NCBI GenBank assembly: GCA_036172245.1
Contig: JAYWIR010000001.1
Location: forward strand, 10,974,001-11,038,000
Reading direction: 5' to 3'
Length of the DNA stretch: 64,000 bases
DNA from: Raillietiella orientalis
Taxonomy: Eukaryota
This document shows positions 24,271-35,220 of the stretch, in pieces. Both the position numbers and the translations under genes were made by a program. The notes beneath the pieces are model-generated. The model was not told the DNA's origin, made no database searches, and saw nothing but the letters and a program-made list of their open reading frames with translations. Every line of letters starts with the position of its first letter. Positions within the stretch are counted from its first letter, which is position 1.

Positions 24271-26206
24271 CCCGTGCCGGCAAGAGGAAACTCCACAGCT
24301 ACAAAGCTCTCGAAAGTTTCCCGTGGACCTTCCTAGGAAGGAAGGATGGCCTTTGCAATGCAGGATGGGGAGAGGGACTTCCGTTAGGCTGGCAATTCTG
24401 CTCAGGAAGAAACGCCACGAAAATCATCTCCTCCCTCTCCCCCTTCTCCTCTTACCGCTCCGGGTGTCACGTCACTCACCGCGGAGGCGAGGACATCGCA
24501 GGACATCCCCTCAAGGCCGGGAAGCGTCCGAGGCGGCGTGCTTGGAACGCTAAATCGGTGAGAACCTGTGCATGCGTGCGGTTCTGCGCCCGTTCCGCTG
24601 GGCGAGCGGGTGCAATCAAAGATGAGCCCGCTATCTCTGCAAGAGGTGCCACTTCCGCTCCCGGCCACCCTGCGCGCGCAAACTCGCCCTTTGCTTCGCA
24701 CGCGTGCGGGGTGAAGGGTGAGAGGTGGCGACGCGGGAACTCTTTCCAGATGCCGACCGCCGCCTAGGAACCTTCTGGAGAGGGTTGCCAGACGCGCGAC
24801 CCCGGTCTCACGAACGGTGGAGAATCCGAGCACACCCTCCGGCACGGTTTGTGCTGACTCCTCCGCGGCGTGAACTTCGAGCCTCGTCCTGGGTCGCATG
24901 CTTCCCCCCTCTTCCTCTCCTTTCCCCCCGGTGGAAGAGTCGTCGAGTTCTCTTGAGACGACGGAGCCGGAAAACGAGGCCTAAGGAAAGTGGTGGGAAA
25001 ACACAGCGAACTCTCTGTCGGATGACCGAATGGATGCTTGGCGAGCAGCCGGAACTGCAGGCCGGAGGAGCTGTTCCAGTAGTTTTTGAAACGGTTCCTT
25101 TCGTGGAACGAGCTGCAGCATGAAGCCGAATTGCCTCTCTCGCACCTCCTGAGGCGTTCTCATTGTGTGTGGCCACTCAAGCACCCCTGGACAAGCAGAT
25201 TTCGTTAGCCAAGGCAGTTCCCATCGCTGCCCTTCAAGGCTATAACCGCCTCCAATGGCTTCCTTTCGCCACCGGGAAACCGAACCTTCGGATGGGTCGT
25301 CAGCTGCATTTCCATCCCTCAAAACCTCGAGCAACAACAAATCCCAGGAGACTGACGTCAGGAAAAGTCGGAATCCACAGACTTCCTTCGAGAGAACAGA
25401 AAATCGTTGAAACCACTGTGGACAGCGTGGCCATCAGCCAAGCCTCCCGATGGAGTGCGGGAACTCGACTCGGTCCATTCGCCCGGTCGTGAGCGGGCGC
25501 CATCTGGGCCACGGCAACATTCTGTCAAGCGCCTCTTGAAAAACCGGCGATCGAGAAGACAGCGGGTCGGAGAGGTGAAGTTGACCCCTTCAAACACCGT
25601 GCTCGGGATATTTCGAGTACCAAAGTGGAATTATCTGCAAGAGCTTAGGGAAGTCTATCTGCGGAAGACGGGACAGTCTGCTTCCTGCTGCAAGGAGACG
25701 CGACGCAGTGGGCGGGTCTTGTGTTTGATTCCCGTATACGAAACGGGACCATTCGTGCACACGGAGAGTAGAAAAGAACGGGGCGAATCGCGTAATTCTC
25801 GAGTGGCTTCGCCTATCTGACTCTGGACTCCCAGGTGGGGGTCGAGGCTCACCGCACCGTAGATAAGGACGCAGGAATTGTCAAAGTTCTACAGGTCGGA
25901 ACCTATAGGAGGGCGTAACGAAGGAATGGGGGTGACTGGGGCGGATTCAGCGATCCCAGTTCCGCAGCCGGGAATCGACGCGAGATGCTCCAGAAGCTGT
26001 GGAGACCGGCAGGGAAGGTGACCGAAGCGAAGAAGTGCATCTGCTCGATTCTTCGCGGCTTCCTTTGCAGCAGCACCCTCCTCTGTGACAGGGTTGCCGG
26101 CAGAGTCAGTGGCTCCGATAGCCTTCCGGTTTTTCCCGGTTTCTCCGTTACCTTCCCGGTCGCCCTGCGAGCAGTCCGGTCCGCACGGTTCGTCTGCAGA
26201 CTTGGA

Positions 26207-27770
26207 TTGTCACCCGAGTACGCCGAGGCCTTTATTGCATGTAAAAAAACTAAACAATCGTAGTCTCTGTGGTTGGACTGGTGGTCCAACCACGTGCAAT
26301 TTGACAAGAGCTGCCGGGTTACCGGTACACAAACCGGTGAGGTCCACTACGGCAGCAGAGGGAAGGGGAGCAAACAAAAAGAAAAAAAGAAACAAAAAAA
26401 ATTGACAAACAAATTTGAGGGATGCGGGAAGGGATCACTTGCTGCTGGGAGCGGTTCTCTATCCTTTCAAGGATGCCGGCAAGCTCTTGCTGCACACGCT
26501 GCACACAGTTCTTCAGGTGGGGTCACCTCGTTGTCATCCTCAGGAAACGAACGGAAAAGTGGATGGCATCCCTCTCTCTGTGCCCTCTTGCGTCGCTCCA
26601 GGCAGCTACAATCCCGCGTAGGCAGCAGCGAGCTGCCGGAGAAGCTGAGTGCTGAAGGGGATCGCGAACAAGGAAGGGTTTCAGGACGTCCCTGGAGTTA
26701 CCTCCGGAGGTTGCTATCTTCGCGGCGAAGCGCTCCCACTGAGGCCGGAGGGCAACACAATCCCACAAGCAGGTTTAGGAGAGATTTCCGTTGTCCATAC
26801 CTGCCACAGTTCGGGCCCGCACACCCCAGTGTCCAGTGATGCCTCTGGGCGTTGCACGGGAGGCCCCAATGCAGCAGCATCAACCCCGACTCCTGCCAAT
26901 TTAATTGGTGGGTGCGTCGATCCGTAAGCACTAAGGATCATTACAGGTCTTCCTCCGGAATATCCAGTAGCCCGCCTCAGCTCAAAAGGCCACGAGGTCG
27001 AACACTCGGGGTCGCAGCGTCGGTGAGCTGGCCCGTCGTCCACTCACCCAGTCCTTTTCTCTTTCCGGAGGTTTCCACCTCACATCTAGCAATCTCCTTG
27101 CCATCCACATGAATCGGACGAGAAAGTGGACGGCATCCCTGTCGCTGTGCCCTCCTCCACCTAACCTAACCAACTCAACCAATCCAGCCGCAGAGCTGCT
27201 GCCCATATGCTCCCTCAGAGAGAGCAACGCTGCGGCGAGGGAGGTTCCTCCTGCCTATGCACTCCTTCCAGAATCTTGGAGGAGCTCTGGGAGCGTGCAG
27301 CTGTGGCACCCGTGCAGCAAACGTCGTACCTCTTCCGGGCACAATTGGAGGGGACGGAGCGATTGCCGCCTCCCTTTGGAGGTCCGCTTTACGCGCAGAA
27401 AGTTGGCTTCCGGTCCGGCACGCCAGGACCGTCACGAAGGGCGCGCGCTCCTGGAAGGGACGAGTAGCTGGGTCTGCGCTTTGCTCCCGTGAATACGCGT
27501 TGTGCTGGCGAAGGTCATGAGTGTTTCCTGGTCGGCGTTCCACTGAAGAACTGGTCCGGGAGGTGTGTCCTGAATCCACCGGCTCCTGCTACGAGGAGGC
27601 GGTGGATTGCGTCCTATCTCTGATTTCTCACTCGAGTGTCCGACATGCAGTGGTGGCCATTTCCGCCGGTGGCAGCGAAGCTTTCTGACGAAGTCCACAT
27701 AAGGCGCGCGGCGCCCGGTCACTCCGGGAATCCCTCGACCGCCCATCCCACGCTCGGAGGACGACAGGGA
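26207..27770 (-). mobile_element. 5'-truncated family A LINE (post-RT region, zinc knuckle, 3' UTR)
   Basis: HWGLPCNAQRHHWTLGCAGPNCGR (ORF 26698..26931). 26950-27070 is closely similar to 30240-30365. Terminus AATAAA plus CCTCGG-CGTAC-TCGGGTG at 26211-26236. Confidence 0.85.
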
Positions 27771-28879
27771 GAGTTCCAAAAAGAGGATCCAAGAACGCTT
27801 CCGGCTCAGAAGCGAGCTTGAAAAAAAAAACCTTCCAGACTGTCCTTTCCGGGAGGAGGAAGGCGCGGAGGCTGGGACGCTGCTTTGCTTGCAGCCGCTC
27901 GAGGCAGCGGCGACCGAAGCGCCGGTCCGGGAGCTCGGAGAGACTTTCCTGCCCGGGAGCTCTCTCTTCTTGGATTCCCGCGATCTTGGCACCTGTCTGG
28001 AGCTCCTCGAGGCAGTGGCGGGCAGACCTCAGAGGGGCTGGGCGCGACCATCACACACGATTACAGACCTCGCGGTCGGAAGACGCGACGAGCCCGTTGC
28101 TAATGATCAACCTGGACTGCTCCGGGCCAGAGAATTACCCGTGCTCCTGGCAGCGCTCCATCTTGCTGTAATTAGAAGAAGAACTCCGCCTCTTTGGAGA
28201 GATTCAGACGTCCTCTCGCTTCGTACTTCACGCTGGGCGAATTCTTCGCGTTCGCCTTCCCGGCCGTGGAGGAGGAGGAGCAGGAAAAAAAAGAAGGAAA
28301 AGAAATGGAAAGAAAGGAGAGAAGTAACGGCCACAAAGAAATAAAAAAAAAAGGGAGAGAGAGAGGAGGAGAAGAATAGAAAAGGAGGAGGAGGAGGCAA
28401 GCAGGAGGAGCGTGGTTTCCTTTGTTACATTTGCCTGCGTGCCGGCATCTCGTGCGGATGCGTGCACGCTCCGAGAGAGGAGCGCAGGCGAGACATTGTT
28501 ACAATCCTGCAGGAAGTAACGGGAGGAAAGGGTTCGCCGCCGGCGCGTGTCCGGTACTTCTCCAGGAGGAGGAAGACCTCGGAAATCTGCCTGCAGAGTC
28601 TGCTCGGGAGTGCGCGAATCGTCCGGCTCGGGAGGCAGCAGAGCGTCCTGAAGGGGAAAAAGTAGAACGGAACGAACATGGCGGACAGTCTGACAGCCGA
28701 ACAGGGTGGTCGGTGACGCTTGGTGCAGCCGTCTCGTCACACGGCCGCCGCCGCGGGCATTTTGAAAAGGCCTCACCAGGAGGTCGTCACCAGTAGACTA
28801 GGACGGTGGGAGTCCCGTGGGCTCTTGCGTCCGTGCTATTTTCCTTCTAGATTCTTTTGTTTTGTCTCGTTTCTTTTTC

Positions 28880-29260
28880 GGCTCGCTAGGCAATCGGGAG
28901 CCGTGTACTCCCTGGATGTATCGGAGCGACTCGGAAAAGATGCGGCTACAGGGGCTCACAAGGACCCTTGAAACGAGGGTCACGCCACCCTACCGGGTGC
29001 GAGGAAGCCAGCCATGGAGGAACCCTGAACCCCTGAAGAGCCACCCGGACAGCACCAGGAAGTCCCTGAGGATGGAGCTCATTCCTCTTCACACTCGGAA
29101 GGGGACCCTATCGTCTTCTGCCTCCGAAAGAATGCCGAAGAAAACGCTTCCAAGACACTGGGGGGAAAACCTGAGGGAGAGGCCAACACCACGACACGTT
29201 GGACGACTCCATGGCACCAAGTGACCCCCTTGGAAGCTCTTTGATCCCTGGAAAGACTGC
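28880..29260 (+). mobile_element. Family A LINE RT-core fragment
   Basis: AVYSLDVSERLG (domain-3-like). CACGCCACCCTACCGGGTGC and GGAGCTCATTCCTCTTCACACTCGG match 323-340 and 403-426. Confidence 0.55.
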
Positions 29261-29494
29261 AGAGGGTTCGTTCTCCATTCTGGCTAGTCGGGGGGCAGCC
29301 GGTCTACGATGTCTTTACGGGCGTTTCACCACCGCCACACTCGAAGTTCGCGAGCCGACCAGCTCCCTGTGGGGGTGCTCCGAACCCACGACACATCCAT
29401 TCCGGACGTAGATTCTTTCGAAGGCAGTCTGAAGCAGCAGCAGCAGATGACGCACGAGGAAGACTCAGCGTGCGTGTGGCACTGGTTGACACGT

Positions 29495-31620
29495 TGCACA
29501 CGGTTACTCTGGGGCGTTTATTTATAAAATAAACATATACGTCTGTAGCAGGACGTTTGATCCTGCCACGTTACTTATAACTACGAGAAGGAACCTGCCG
29601 AGAACTGGTACACCGGCCAGCGGGGTTCGCCTTGGCAGCACAAGGGAAGGGGAGAGAAACAAAAAGAAAGAAAATAAAACAAAAAAACAAAAAACATACA
29701 GTCAGAAAAATGGTGGGTTCGAGAAGGGATCTTTGTGTGCTGGTGGGTGCCCTCTGCATCCTTGCATGGATGCCGGTAGGTTTCTGTTTCAGGACCACCA
29801 GATGGAATCATCTTGACGCTGTCCTCATGAAGAGGACAGCAAAATAAATGGCGTCCCTGTCGTTCTGGCCTCCTCTGGAGCTGCTCCATGCAGCCGCGGT
29901 CCCACCGCGTAGGCAGCGCAGTGCTGCTGGAGATGCGACCGGTGTGAGGGCGTCTCCCAGGGAGACAGGCTTTAAAACGCCTCTGGCATTGCGGTCAGGG
30001 GATTCCAACGGTCGCGGCAAAGCGTTCCCAAAAGGTTTGCAGGGCCAACACAGTCCACTGGGGGGTGCGGGAAGGATTCCCGCTCCCCACACCTTGCACA
30101 GTTTGGGTCCACACACCCGTGTCCACAGATGCCGGCGGGCATTGAGTTGTTGCTGTACGGGAGGCCCCAGTACCCCAACAACAACTCCTGCCACTTTAAG
30201 GGGAGGGTGCGGGTGCTCATGAGCACCGGGACCGCTGCAGGTCTTCCTCCGCAATACCGAGTAGCACGCCCCAGCGCAAAAGCCCACGAGGTCGAGCACT
30301 CGGGGTCGCAGCGTCGGTGAGCTGACCCGTCGTCCACTCGCCCAGTCCTTTTCTCCTTCCGCAGATTTCCACGGTAACCTCCCATCTCGTCGTGAGGCTG
30401 ATGCCCATATGTTCCCTGAGGAAGGGCAGCGAGGGAGCCTCTGCTTGCCCATGCACTCTTCGCAGAATCTTCCAGGATCTCCCGGAGCGTGCAGTTGTTG
30501 TTACGCGCGTGCAGAGAACGTCGCACCTGTTCCGCGCTTGGCTCCCGGATCCTCGCCCACGTGGTTCCCTGAAACCAGACACTTCCCTTCGCGGATGGCG
30601 GCACGAGATCTCGGCGCTTTTCCTCTCCAGGGCAGCCACCTGCCGCAGGTGCAGTCCGCCGTGGATGAGGCTGCGTGCACGGCGCTCAAGGAAGGACGCG
30701 AGTCCCACGCTGCCGGTGGCTTGCTGAATGAAAGGCGTGCAGTCTGGCACCAGGTGGTGCTCCAGAGGTTTGCCACGAGGACGAGTGTTCGGAACTGGAG
30801 CTGCAGTTCCATTTGCTCCAGCGTCAGAAGGCCTAGGCCGCCGTCCTGGCGCGGAGTACACAAGTTTTTTAGGTGGACTCGGGGCCTCCCTTTGTTCCAG
30901 AGAGCGATTCGGAAGGATTGCTTTGTCCACTTTCTTATGCTGCATGGAGGAAGCAAACAAAAAGCAGGGGGTGGAGGAGGGGTGCCACCAACGTGTTCCA
31001 CATTGCAGCCCGTTCCGATAAGTAGGTGCGGCACTGGTGGGAGCCGGAAACTTCCCGGATGCCCCGTTGACTGGCAGGGATTGGAAGTTGACCCCTCCGG
31101 GGACCTTCGAGGAATCAGGAATTCGGTTCCCATCGCCTACAGATAGTTGATACTTCTCTCGGGGGACTACCTCTCCCTTCAGGGAGCGCCCTTCAGGGAA
31201 ACTGGGAAGCGTCGCTTCGGGGTTCTCTTCAGCGGTTCCCTTGCTGTTCCCTTCGGAGAAGGAACTCCAAAAGCAGATGCTTTCCGGGTTTCCATAGGGG
31301 GGCTCTCCGGAGACAATAAGGAAGAGGTTCCTTTCGAGGTTTCCTTCGAAGACAACCAGGGCTTGGGTTTCCTCCCAAGAGTAAGAGAAACGGACTCCTT
31401 CCTCCGGAGTCTTCATGAATTCAAAGGATAGTCTCCTTCTGGGTACCCCTTATAACTTGAAGAAGAGTTGCACGCTCCCTCTGGTGGCGTGGACAGTGTT
31501 GTAGAACTTCTTGAGTGCCCTCCCTGAGGAGGAGGGTGGCTCTTCAGCGCTCCATGAGAACTGCGAAGAGAAAGAAGCTGGAAGGGAAGCAGCGAAAGCG
31601 AAAGAACCCAAGACGGTTCA
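29495..31620 (-). mobile_element. Longest family A L1/Tx1-clade LINE copy (RT core, thumb, zinc knuckle, 3' UTR), frameshifted
   Basis: LWNKGRPRVHLKNLCTPRQDGGLGLLTL (classic L1/Tx1 post-RT motif, ORF 30501..31133). DPNCARCGERESFPHPPVDC zinc knuckle (ORF 29972..30604). AATAAA plus degenerate terminal motif at 29495-29522. Confidence 0.9.
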
Positions 31621-32119
31621 ACCGTGGCGGCGATCTTACGGAGTTGTTTCCGGAAGCGGTTCTTCCTCCTCCTTCTGAAAGGCTGCTCCTCCGAGGTTTT
31701 GCTCTCCCTCACTTGCAGAATAGCTGAGCGGGAATCCCTTCCTCCCTCTACCCATGGAAAAGGTGACGAGGATGCCAGGTGGAGATCACGAAACGAACGA
31801 AGGCTGCTTTTGGACCGTGGCAGCCTCGGCGTGACCGTTCACCGAACAGAGTTCCTTCTCACAGGACGTCAGTCTGCTGACGCTGTTGGTTTTTTCTTCG
31901 TCCGATTTTTCCTCCCGGCCGACAGATACACCCCGCCTTCAGAGTGTCTCTTCTTCTCCTCTTCCTTCTCGGAAAAGGACATCGGCTTTGGTCGTTTCTT
32001 ATGCGGACTGCCGAGATTTACACGCAGCATCCTGCGGCAGGAGTATACGGAGGGGAGAACTGACCAGGACACTTCCACTGCCTGGAGGAAGGCAGCACTG
32101 CTTACCTCCCTTACTCGAT

Positions 32120-32450
32120 AGTGATGCCGTTGGGTCCGCATTCGGTTTGTGGCTGCGGCCTCACCAAGACGGTCTCTCCCCCACTTTCTCACCGTTCGCT
32201 TTCGCGAAATCCCCGCTTGCTGGATTTTTGGCTCACCTGTACTCACTACCCTCCTGGCGGGAAAGGAGTGACCCGCAGGAGAACATCTCCCGAGATCTTC
32301 GGGGAATTTCGAAGTGGGCAGGAGAGCACCCACGTGACCCGGACCTCTGGACCGCCCTTGTTCTGCTTGATTTTTTTTTTTATCTCTTTGATGCCTTCCC
32401 ATCCGCATTTTTCTTTGGCCTTCAAACACTTCACAAAGGGTGCGCTTTGA
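32120..32450 (+). mobile_element. Possible non-LTR RT domain 2-3 fragment
   Basis: LRPHQDGL...NISRDL...TALVLLDFFFYLFDAFP resembles Q-x-GF and LxxLDFxKAFD. Confidence 0.3.
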
Positions 32451-35220
32451 TAAAGGTGGAAGCACGCGCGTGAAGCCGACGGCGTGATGAAACGGGTCAG
32501 CTGATCAGCAGAGTCGCTTCCTCTTCTCGAACGTCGGCGCCGTGTTCACAGGGAAGAAAGATTGCGCTGTCCATCCCCCAGAGTGACTCTCACCGAGAAT
32601 TTGGTTCTGGTCGAAGGATAAGGAGGACTCAGATGAAGAGGTGATGTAGGAGTGATGCCGCGCACGGAGCTGTGGAGGCGATCTCATGGTCTCCAAGCGG
32701 AGAAAAAACACGAAGCTGCGGCATGGCGCAACCGGACCGTCGATGCCCTCCGGATAAAATCAAAGCCTTTCGTCCGGAAAACTTTCTTGAGGAGCAGAGA
32801 CCTCACGATGCCTTGGCAATTTTTATACTGATGGAAAAATTTTTATACTAATTGAGCTGAGACGGCCAGTGCTACTAAGGATGTAGGTCGGAGCATTACC
32901 TTAATAGGGGTGAGAACTTGTGGGTCAGCGCACTGTTTTCAAGATGGGCTCCTGCTCCATCTTGAAACCGGAGGGGAGGTGTGTGGGGGGTCCTCTCTCC
33001 GTTGCATGACAGGAGGGGGAACTCCTTACTTCTTTATTCCTGGGAAGACCCGAAGGTCAATTTCCCATTGTTCCAGCCTTCATCGGGGGCCTCCAGCTTA
33101 ATCTACCGCCGGGTGCCACACCCGAATGTCTAGGCCAACCAGCGCCATTGCAGGAGAAACTCGGAACCAACGACGCAGTGGCGTCAGTTTCTGCCGGAAT
33201 ATTCGAACCCGCAATGCATGGCGCCACGAGCGGAAGCCTTAACCACAAAGCCTCCGACGCGGGCTGCAAGATACTCAAAACACTTCTACTGGAAACAAAC
33301 ACCGAGTTTTTTGCTGAAGGAAGCGTCAGGGCGAGAAAAGCGAGGAAATCCGTTAGGATGCAGATGAAAGAGGGATTGGGATCCCTCGCTTCATCCTGAG
33401 GGAAAAAGTACCATTCCCAGACGCTCCTTGGGGATTCCTGCCTGAGTAAAATGAGAAAAAATCGTGCAGCCGAAGCTGAGGGGAGTAAGAGGTTGATGGA
33501 GGATGCATCAGAGAGCAGCTGTGGCTCCAGGAACAGCCCTTTCTTATTCCCAGGAATCCCCGATCTCCTGGAAAAAGCTAGCTGAAACGGGTAAAGCAGC
33601 TTGGATGGATGAAGAAGAGGCCCGGAAACGGAAAGTTGGCGTGGGTCACCCCGTTTGACGACCCGAAGGCGCGTCTTGCCCTTTGCCGGTGGGTGATTGT
33701 AGTCTGAGAACCCAGCAGCCGCCATTCTGCCTCCTTGTTGCTTGTCGACCGAGGTGGGACCCTTCTAAACTTGGCGGAGAGAGCAGAGTGACACGTGAAA
33801 GCGGAGATACGTGACGTCCTCCATGCTCCCAAAAGGAGGAGGTCTGGTGAGCTCTGGGTGATCCATATCATTGCTTCTACCCCACCTTTCTGCATTAGCG
33901 CAGCCAGGAACCATTGCTCACAATGAACAAAGGAGGATGAGGGGGAAGCAGCAGCACGTATGTGCTGCCCAGAAAAGACCCTTCTCTCCTCAAAGAACCC
34001 ATTGCAGATCCGCGGCAGATGCCTACGATCCAGGGTGAGCACAGTGGGAGGAAGGATTGGCGCGAGCATCGGTGGCAGCATCGGAGACATCGCTCACGGA
34101 GTGAGATGGAACGACGACGAAAATCCACCGAACCGCTTTCTTTTCTGCCTTCTTGTGCATCCCAGGATTCCTTCCGCGGGAGGAGGAAGGAATGGCGCCC
34201 GTCGAGATGGGGGGACTACCTGGTGGGATCGCGCGCGTGGCACCTGCCCATTCCGGCAACCCTAGCGGCAGCGAGATAAAAAAAAAAAAAAAAAGAGGAG
34301 GAGGACAAGGAGAAGGACGATACGAAGAGAATGAATCTTTTTATTCTTCCGAGTTCCTCTCTTTTGGCGATAGAAGAACATCAGTCCTGTGAGCGAGCAC
34401 CAAAGCCGACCGGGAAAACAAAAAAAAACTCCTCCGCTGGCATTGGTCTGGGGTCCGTTTCGCAAGTGAAGGGAACAAACAACAACAAAAGGGGGGGAGG
34501 GGAGAAAGCCGAGCTCGGCAGCTCCGGATTTCTGTCCCTGCACTCCGGCCTCAAACCCGCGTGTTGCTCCCACGCGAGAGGGATTGGAGGGGAGGGGAGA
34601 TTCCACAGGACTGCCACCTGTCCTGCTCTTTGCGCGAGAGGGAGGAGTGTTTCCGGCTAGTCAGAGAGCACTCCCTCTGACGAGAAAGGAGAAGGAGAGA
34701 GGCCAACTCCGCATTCCTCGAGGAACGGTCCAGACCTTACCAAATTGCTCAAGGCGGAGCATCCAAGCGGTACGGGGGAGATGCACCGCCGATGAGAAGT
34801 CCACTTTCCCTTCCCTCCTCCTTCTTTCGGGAATGGCTGTTCCCGGCGAGCTTCGAGAAGACGCTCCTCCCTCTCGAGGTGGGGAGAGGAGGCAGAGAAA
34901 TGAATGCGTCGGCATTCTGTTCTCTTGGAGCTTTCCCCTTCCTGGCGCTGTTGGTGCTCTTTCCCGCCTCCTCCCGGCTTGCAAGGAGAGGGTTCCCCCG
35001 ACGGGCGGCATCCAATCCCGAAAGGGTTCGAGTGGCAGGCGCACCTCCACCGCCGTCTGCTGCTTTTCCGGGCCGACCCCTGCTCCATGGCGCGGCTGGG
35101 GTGCAGCCCGTGCTGTACCTACGCAGGCGACCGGCTCAGCCCCCTCGGCAAAGCGTTTTCGGTTCATCGAGAACAAAAATACAAGGCAAAAGTACACGTT
35201 CTTGCACGAGGGACTTTCGG

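Noticed and set aside
25470..25560. KRRLTECCRGP resembling the start of a TGF-beta mature domain
   Set aside because: The downstream residues lack the LxVxF..GW and CxGxC pattern.
32818..32849. 12-bp direct repeat AATTTTTATACT with 8-bp spacer (possible footprint)
   Set aside because: Short and AT-rich, readily explained by local slippage, with no associated element.
33930..34020. Candidate TGF-beta mature exon (RICNGF, CCCFP)
   Set aside because: The motifs are in different frames, with no GW..I..P motif or correct cysteine spacing.
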